DNA of 64,000 nucleotides from a virus (Duplodnaviria; Caudoviricetes): IMG/VR virus record IMGVR_UViG_3300028805_000078, positions 52,062 to 116,061 of that record; one strand, 5' to 3'. Shown piece by piece: positions 58,315 to 64,000 of this stretch (position 1 is its first letter; each line of letters starts with the position of its first letter). The notes under the pieces were generated by a model. It saw only the letters and a program-made list of their open reading frames with translations, ran no database searches and was not told where the DNA came from. The position numbers and the translations under genes were made by a program.

Positions 58315-59565
58315 TTATTCCAAATTTACAGGATATACTGCTTCAATACCATTTGCACTGACAACAGAACATACCTGTATAGGAGGTCCAAACAAACGCT
58401 TCTTCATCGTGAATTCGTCACCTGAACCACAGACGGAACCGTTTCGGATATAGACAGTATCCTCGAATTGTGTAGTTGCCACATGCAAATGACCAAGAAG
58501 CAAGCAATAAATGTGTTTTCCGAGTTGATTTCCTATACGAGCCGCAGTTGTTTTCGGATCGGGGTCCATGTCTCCATGAACGCACGCGTACGTCTTGCCG
58601 AAAATTGTAAATGTGCCAACGGTGCTGTCAAATTCGTTCTCAACGAAATGCACATTGGCAATATTCGACAGCTTTGCTTTGCAATAAAACGTAATCAAAT
58701 TATCAAGGCGTTCGCCGCGCAAAGTATTGTCAAGGTTCGCATCTATTCTGCTGTGATTGCCGGGAACAGCATTTACAAAGACACTGTTAAAATGTGCCGC
58801 CAGTTCATTGATAAAACTGCTGACAAGTTCACTTACGCCAACTACCTGTTCAACAATGTTTTCCCTGTTTTCGATACGAACCGTCGTATGAATGTTACCG
58901 GAAATCATATCGCCCATCAAAGACAGATAAAGGTCGGAACAATTGTTTACCTTTCCGATTTCTATCAATTCTTCGGCGTATTTCATGACGCGCTCTTTTG
59001 CGATATCGGAATTGTAAACACCTCCGGCTGTCGCATAGCTGATTCCATAATGTAAATCACTGAGACATGCGTACAGCGCCTTGTCTGTCGTCATCGCCTG
59101 AGTAGACGCACGCTTTATCGGCTGAGCCTTTTTAATTTCAGTTTCAAAAAGATCGAATAACTCATCGCGTCTGCTTTCTTCGCGCAACTGTCTCGCTGCA
59201 GAAATCCTTTCATCCCGCAGACGGATTCTTTCTTTACTGACGGCTTTAAAAAATCTGACAGCTGGAAGATCGTCATCTTCAAGCGCTTCAGGTGTCATGT
59301 TTTCTGCTATCTTTTCGGTGCTGATCTTTTTATAAAGCCGCCTGTAGTAGCTTTCGCAATGATCTTCTTTATATAAACGATTGATGAATTCCGCAATGTC
59401 ATCCCAAGTACAATCAATCTTTCCCTCTGTCTTCAGAGTTCCGAGACGATACGTATAATTCGAAATCGTCTCATCTTTCGATGGTACAACATCCGGATTT
59501 GATTCTGTAAAACTATAAGTTACAGGAGTTGTGGTTTTAAAAACTGATTCTATAGTTGATTCCAT
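58315..59565 (-). CDS. Metallophosphoesterase (putative nuclease) with an N-terminal helical domain
   Basis: SDLHYG, GDMISG, GNHSR, HGD and GHLH motifs. Confidence 0.82.
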   Translation of the reverse strand: MESTIESVFKTTTPVTYSFTESNPDVVPSKDETISNYTYRLGTLKTEGKIDCTWDDIAEFINRLYKEDHCESYYRRLYKKISTEKIAENMTPEALEDDDLPAVRFFKAVSKERIRLRDERISAARQLREESRRDELFDLFETEIKKAQPIKRASTQAMTTDKALYACLSDLHYGISYATAGGVYNSDIAKERVMKYAEELIEIGKVNNCSDLYLSLMGDMISGNIHTTVRIENRENIVEQVVGVSELVSSFINELAAHFNSVFVNAVPGNHSRIDANLDNTLRGERLDNLITFYCKAKLSNIANVHFVENEFDSTVGTFTIFGKTYACVHGDMDPDPKTTAARIGNQLGKHIYCLLLGHLHVATTQFEDTVYIRNGSVCGSGDEFTMKKRLFGPPIQVCSVVSANGIEAVYPVNLE

Positions 59566-59580
59566 ATATGTCCTTTCTGG

Positions 59581-60015
59581 TTAAGCGCACAGACCGGTTT
59601 GTTTATCTCCTTCACGGATCATAAATTCGCTCAGGTCGCACGCTTTTACTTCGGGTTCTGTCAGTCCGGTATGATCCCAGCCGTAGTGTGTCCTATCACC
59701 TGTAGAAGTCTGGAAGATGCGGCGTGAAGCGGGGTCATAAGAACATTCGATATAATCGAGTTCACCGAACTCGCGGTTTTTAAGCAGACGAAGGTTGGGT
59801 TTTTCAACGGAGATGACTGTATCTGCAAGATTTGTGATAGCACTCGATCCCGATACGTCATCGTTTGTAAGTGCTTCACTTTGTTTGGTCTTTCTCGGAT
59901 GACTTACAAGAAGCACAATAGCTTTATATTTCACAGCGAATGCCTTCAAAGAAGCGGCAAACTTGGCCTGGGCGCGGTTTTCTTCGTCTGAAGAAGTCAA
60001 AGCGCTCATCATGTT
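59581..60015 (-). CDS. Primase-helicase, exon 2
   Basis: Starts NMMSAL; LVSHPRK and DVSGSSAITNLAD (SF4 motifs H3 and H4). Confidence 0.9.
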   Translation of the reverse strand, partial: NMMSALTSSDEENRAQAKFAASLKAFAVKYKAIVLLVSHPRKTKQSEALTNDDVSGSSAITNLADTVISVEKPNLRLLKNREFGELDYIECSYDPASRRIFQTSTGDRTHYGWDHTGLTEPEVKACDLSEFMIREGDKQTGLCA

Positions 60016-61038
60016 CCTTAATACCCTCGGTTTCCCGATATTTATTAGGGGAGTAGACTATCTCTTCAACGGGATGTGCAGTCCCGATGCGTGGCACTTC
60101 GAAACACGGAGTTTCACCGTGTATCTACTTCCTTACGGAATAGTCGTTACACCTTTACGCAACTAATTGCGTACTTGGCACGGTATTGCCATAAACTATG
60201 CTTAAAATATGATTCAATTCTGTTTCGGTGTCCTCAAGATAAGTAATTTCATACAAAGGGATATTATGTTCTTTACAGTATTTGCGTTTCAATGCATCTG
60301 TAAAGTTTCTTTGACCCGCTCCGTAATCTTCAAATCCTGGTGTCTCAATGAAGTGTTGGCTGCCTTGATATTCAAGCAATGCAAGTAAATTATTATCATT
60401 GTCAAGTAAGCCAAAATCAAATCTGAAAAATCTATTTGATGTTTTTGATTTAAAATCACTAAACGTATATTCTTTGATATGATTTATCTTACGTTCATTG
60501 AGTACATGTTTAATTAAACTTTCTTGAGCAGAACACCTTAGACAACCGCAACTTGTAGTGTGTCCACTTGCGATATTGCCATGTGATACTACTGTCTTTT
60601 CACCGCAATCGCATTGAGCTAACCACATTGTTCTTGCAATGCCGCTGGGTTGCCACGCATATCCAAAGAACGATAAAACAGTTAATTTACCGAAACGTTT
60701 TCCAGTTAAATCTTGTATACGATTACATCCACAGCTTTGCGTGTGCCCATTATACAAGCAATTAGCACGAACTACTTTGTAGTTACCGCAATCGCATTGT
60801 GTCATCCATTGTGCGTATTTGCGTCCAGTCTTACCAATAAAACTATCACACTGATATAAAACTGTAAGCTTTCCAAATCTTTGTCCAGTTAAATCTCTTG
60901 CTCTTGATGATTTGTTTGGCATCACCACACCTCCTTTCCATATAATTAAAAGCATAGTTTTTAGGGTTCCACCGTTAGCCTCTCACGAGACACCCCGCAT
61001 GTACGGGTTCACCACGTTTAACGTCGACTGATACGTTA
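60016..61038 (-). mobile_element. Group I intron in the primase-helicase (1023 nt)
   Basis: P1 GUCGAU/GUCGAC with U.G; possible P10 UAUCA/UGAUG; same core blocks as the dnaE intron; terminal G. Splicing gives LYLVD|NMM (Walker B). Confidence 0.92.
60155..60922 (-). CDS. Intron-encoded endonuclease (paralogue of 54070..54816)
   Basis: Two DLTGxRFGKLTV...QCDCG...SCGC repeats and RFDF...LEYQGSQH; SD AAAGGAGGTG before MPNK. Confidence 0.8.
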   Translation of the reverse strand: MPNKSSRARDLTGQRFGKLTVLYQCDSFIGKTGRKYAQWMTQCDCGNYKVVRANCLYNGHTQSCGCNRIQDLTGKRFGKLTVLSFFGYAWQPSGIARTMWLAQCDCGEKTVVSHGNIASGHTTSCGCLRCSAQESLIKHVLNERKINHIKEYTFSDFKSKTSNRFFRFDFGLLDNDNNLLALLEYQGSQHFIETPGFEDYGAGQRNFTDALKRKYCKEHNIPLYEITYLEDTETELNHILSIVYGNTVPSTQLVA

Positions 61039-62442
61039 ATCGACTAAATAAAGCTTGCACCCATATCTCCTTGCGCAGATATCGAACATCTTTAATATCG
61101 CGGTTTCCTGATTCTTTTCATCGACATAGGCATTATCAAACAAGAAGAAACGGTTATCGATCCAGTCTCTAATGCGTTTTTGAATGTCAAGGGAAACACA
61201 AGGATACTTTTTGCCGGTTCTTTTGTCTTCGCTGATTCCGATATACTTATCTTCGGTCGCCTGCAAGAAGATCCAATTAAGGAAATTTTGCGCAGAAAGT
61301 TCTCCGGAATAGGCGCATACGTTATAACCTTGTTGAATAGCATTTAATAACATAGTTCCATTCAGAGTGGACTTTCCCTCGCCCCTTTTACCTGTAAAAA
61401 CGAGAAGCTGTCCTTCACCAAACCCGGCAATTGCTTCGTCAAGCGCGGGAATCTTAGTGAATATCCTCGGCACCGTGCTCGGATCTATAAACGGAACACT
61501 TGCGAGATTGATAACACCTTTGATTGGCACTGGTTCGCATGATTTTATCATGTTGAGTAAGAATTCTTCGCCGTATGCATACAGAATTTCATTCGCGTCC
61601 TTGCACAGTCTTCCGTAATCCTTGCCGTCAACGATAAGTTCAGGATATTGGCTAGGTATCATGCAACGGTCTTCTCCAAGACGCTTACACAACGTGTTTA
61701 CCATCGCGATACCTGGGTCGTCATTATCTCCGAAGAGTATTATCTGACTGAACTTCTCGAGCCAATCCCAACAAAGTGTGATCCACTCCATATTATTGCA
61801 GCCGCACGGGACAGAAACGACATTGTGATAGCCGGCTTCGTATACGCTGAGTGCGTCTATCTCACCTTCTGTAATTACGAGCGGCTGATTGAAAGAGACC
61901 ATGTCCATGCCGAAGAGGATTGGTTCTGTATTCTTTTCGCCCCATTCTTTCGCTGTTTTCTTGTCGTTTTTATCACGCAGCGGATTTCTGTACTTCACAT
62001 AAATCAGTTCGCCGTCCCGATAGAAAGGAAAAACAATGTTGCCATTTGTGTCGGAAGCTATCTTCCATTCATCAAGTACTTCCTGCGAGATGCGGCGCTT
62101 ACCGAAATAGGTCGTGATCTCTTCTGTCAACGCACCCATTTCGACGTTCGGCCGTTCATATTCTTTTCTTTTGTTACCTGTGAATGCCTGAAACGAAACC
62201 TCTTCAGGCGATTTTTCTCCGAAGAACTCACACAGGTCACGGAAGCTGCCTTTCTTTCCGCATCCTCCGCGCAGACATTGATACGCGCCGTTGTATAAAC
62301 CTACGGCAAACGTATTCCTGTCTCCGTTTTCTCCGCCATTACAGAACGGGCAGAATTCAGGCACGACCTGACCGTTACGGATTTTAAATTCACTGAATCG
62401 TCTTTCAGCTAAAGCAAGCACTGCGTTTGCCGTAGTATTCAT
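61039..62442 (-). CDS. T7 gp4/Twinkle-like primase-helicase, exon 1
   Basis: CPFC...C zinc finger, TOPRIM motifs TEGEIDALS and DNDDPG, KDANE, Walker A GKRGEGKS; start MNTTA after CAGGAG. Confidence 0.92.
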
Positions 62443-62463
62443 ACTTATCTCCTGAATTATAAT

Positions 62464-62730
62464 AGGATTGCGGGTGAGGATTTGCACCACACACAGAGCT
62501 CCAACATTGTAGGCGTTTCGTGGACGCCTCGTTGTCTGGATTTTTTCATTGGGCTGTCCGATACTTTTCACTTGCACCTTTAATATTTTCGGTCACGAAC
62601 CCATACTCATATCATTGGTGTACGTAAGTTACTTTTCTCGTAACGCAACTCCAGCCATTAGACCCTTTGAAGCTAATGATCTCCTGTATCTTCTCCTTTT
62701 AGCGTCTACCTATTCCGCCACCGCAATCCT
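62464..62730 (-). ncRNA. tRNA-like RNA B (no anticodon arm; 207-nt insert)
   Basis: Terminal stem AGGATTGCGG/CCGCAATCCT; same D arm as copy A; T arm GTGTGG-TGCAAAT-CCTCAC. Confidence 0.75.
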
Positions 62731-62744
62731 TTACATCTTTTTGT

Positions 62745-63131
62745 TTAAATGTCCGCAAAATCGTCCTGCGCGTCCTGAGCGGGCTTTGCGGAACCCTTGC
62801 TTGAAGGTCTGCCGACGAGCGTTACATCAGTCGCACGGATTTTGAGACCGTATGCGTTCGAATTCGTACGCTTAGAGAAGTAGGTGTACATCCAGCTGGG
62901 ACCGTTGACCCATACGGGCGTACCCTTCTTCGCATCCTGCATAAACCTGTCGAGCAGCACGGGCGCTCCGAACCACTCGATCTCATAGAAGTTCGTGATG
63001 TAATTGCCGGAGGTATCCTTCTCGCACGTGTTTACGGCAACAGAGAAGTTGCACACCTTGGATTTTCCGACGTCCTTTACAACTGGGTCCTGACAAATGT
63101 TTCCTACGATAGAAGTGTTGATCGTTTTCAT
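62745..63131 (-). CDS. ssb: Single-stranded DNA-binding protein
   Basis: IVGNI..DP, NFSVAVN, KKGTPVWV.G and an acidic tail (DDFADI). Confidence 0.85.
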   Translation of the reverse strand: MKTINTSIVGNICQDPVVKDVGKSKVCNFSVAVNTCEKDTSGNYITNFYEIEWFGAPVLLDRFMQDAKKGTPVWVNGPSWMYTYFSKRTNSNAYGLKIRATDVTLVGRPSSKGSAKPAQDAQDDFADI

Positions 63132-63164
63132 ATTCTTTTTCCTTTCTTTTTTCTGGAAAAGACT

Positions 63165-63204
63165 TATTTTCTTTCCCTTATAGTTCATTAGTGAATGATT
63201 ACAT
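63165..63204 (-). promoter_or_regulatory. Conserved phage motif, copy 5
   Basis: ATGTAATCATTCACTAA-tgaa-CTATAAGGGAAAGAAAA; overlaps the stop of 63199..63396. Confidence 0.75.
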
Positions 63205-63396
63205 TTCTTTTGCCGTCACTTTGAATCCGTTAATCCAAATCGATTCGCCCGGGCGCATGTCCTCCATGCGCCTCATTGCGTACCAACGGTCGTCTTCGTA
63301 CTGTTCGCCGGATGTTTCAGGCAGATAGTTGTCAGCCATTCTGTTCGCAGCATCAACCGGAGAATCAAATGATTCATCAAGAAAACTGTACTTCAT
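63199..63396 (-). CDS. Hypothetical protein
   Basis: 65-aa ORF directly downstream of the Sak3-like gene. Confidence 0.55.
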   Translation of the reverse strand: MKYSFLDESFDSPVDAANRMADNYLPETSGEQYEDDRWYAMRRMEDMRPGESIWINGFKVTAKEM

Positions 63397-63397
63397 A

Positions 63398-64000
63398 TTA
63401 CGCCGCCTTCAAATGTTCGAGGAGTTTTGCGAGCTTATCGGCATCTTTGCACATCTTGTAGTTCGCGTTTCCGAGGAACGGGATGATGTGCGTTACGGCA
63501 AGCTCCTTCTTCTGTTCCTGTGTAGAGATCTGATCGCGCGTCTTAATGCGATCGATTTCACTTGCAACTTCTTCCACGAGCTGTGCAACGGTCGCCTTTG
63601 CTTCTTCGTTTTCTTCCGGCAAATCTTCGCCTGCATAAATATACAGTCCGAGACCAAACATGGCGAGATTCTTTGCGAGACAACGCATAACGGCCTTATT
63701 GACGTCCATCATCGACGCTTTCGCAACTGTCTTTGTGCCGAACTTCGTCGTGATTTCATAAGGTTCTTCCTTCATTGCGTTGTTCGCTCCGTCCATTACG
63801 GGCAGCCACATTTCATGCGTCTCGCCTTCAATCGTGATGCTCGTATACACCATGATTCCGAAGATCGGATCGCTGAAGAACGGCAAATTCCTTTCGTTCC
63901 GTTCGATCTTATACGTGGCGTCTGGATAGCGCTTTCTTACTTCAGACCATGCCCATACCCAGCTCAAATAATTCAGCTTCTGTTTGCCGGTGTCCTTCTG
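63398..64000 (-). CDS. DUF1071/Sak3-like single-strand annealing protein (5' end outside the window)
   Basis: LNYLSWVWAW, MWLPVMD and NKAVMRCLAKNLAMFGLGLYIYAGEDLP; the frame is open to the window end. Confidence 0.88.
   Translation of the reverse strand, partial: QKDTGKQKLNYLSWVWAWSEVRKRYPDATYKIERNERNLPFFSDPIFGIMVYTSITIEGETHEMWLPVMDGANNAMKEEPYEITTKFGTKTVAKASMMDVNKAVMRCLAKNLAMFGLGLYIYAGEDLPEENEEAKATVAQLVEEVASEIDRIKTRDQISTQEQKKELAVTHIIPFLGNANYKMCKDADKLAKLLEHLKAA

Noticed and set aside
52280-62577. dnaE and the primase-helicase as pseudogenes, or as intein-split genes
   Set aside because: Group I core elements, U.G 5' sites and terminal Gs restore exact reading frames; the inserts contain stops and no intein motifs.
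4027-63204. The 30-bp motif as CRISPR repeats
   Set aside because: Copies are dispersed over 10-kb distances on both strands with no spacer array; the Cas4-like gene is solitary.
1-64000. Stop-codon reassignment or a complete DGR/retron
   Set aside because: Genes are full length and densely packed in the standard code; no reverse transcriptase motifs are seen in any ORF.

Overview
This window comes from a large temperate tailed phage, most likely a siphovirus of an anaerobic Firmicute (Clostridia-like host; inferred from gene families and Shine-Dalgarno usage). The + strand (1-28.7 kb) carries tail morphogenesis: tape measure (5'-truncated), Dit, Tal, several modular fibre/receptor-binding genes, a C39-type endolysin, a four-gene cassette of unknown function and two holins. 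Next come an intact attP (the 3' half of a tRNA-Cys) and a tyrosine integrase. The - strand (31-64 kb) carries many small accessory genes, nucleotide metabolism (class III RNR with NrdG, an NrdH-like protein and an FTR-like protein; dUTPase; a deoxyribosyltransferase-like enzyme; a nucleobase permease), host-regulator homologues (RemA, HPr-like, PhoH, ClpP) and replication/recombination genes (DnaE, T7 gp4/Twinkle-like primase-helicase, two SSBs, Sak3-like, Cas4-like, RuvC-like). DnaE and the primase-helicase are each split by a group I intron encoding an endonuclease; by my splice-site reading both introns are exactly 1023 nt. The least explained signals are non-coding: (i) two tRNA-like scaffolds with near-identical 25-nt ends around unrelated 78-nt and 207-nt inserts; (ii) a 30-bp motif ending in CTATAAGGG, five times and always co-oriented with transcription (probable phage-specific promoter); (iii) a 96-bp tripartite element directly repeated around a two-gene cassette; (iv) a covarying RNA motif in two leaders; (v) alternating G-rich and C-rich blocks around variable fibre domains. 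All family calls are by eye from motifs; no searches were run.
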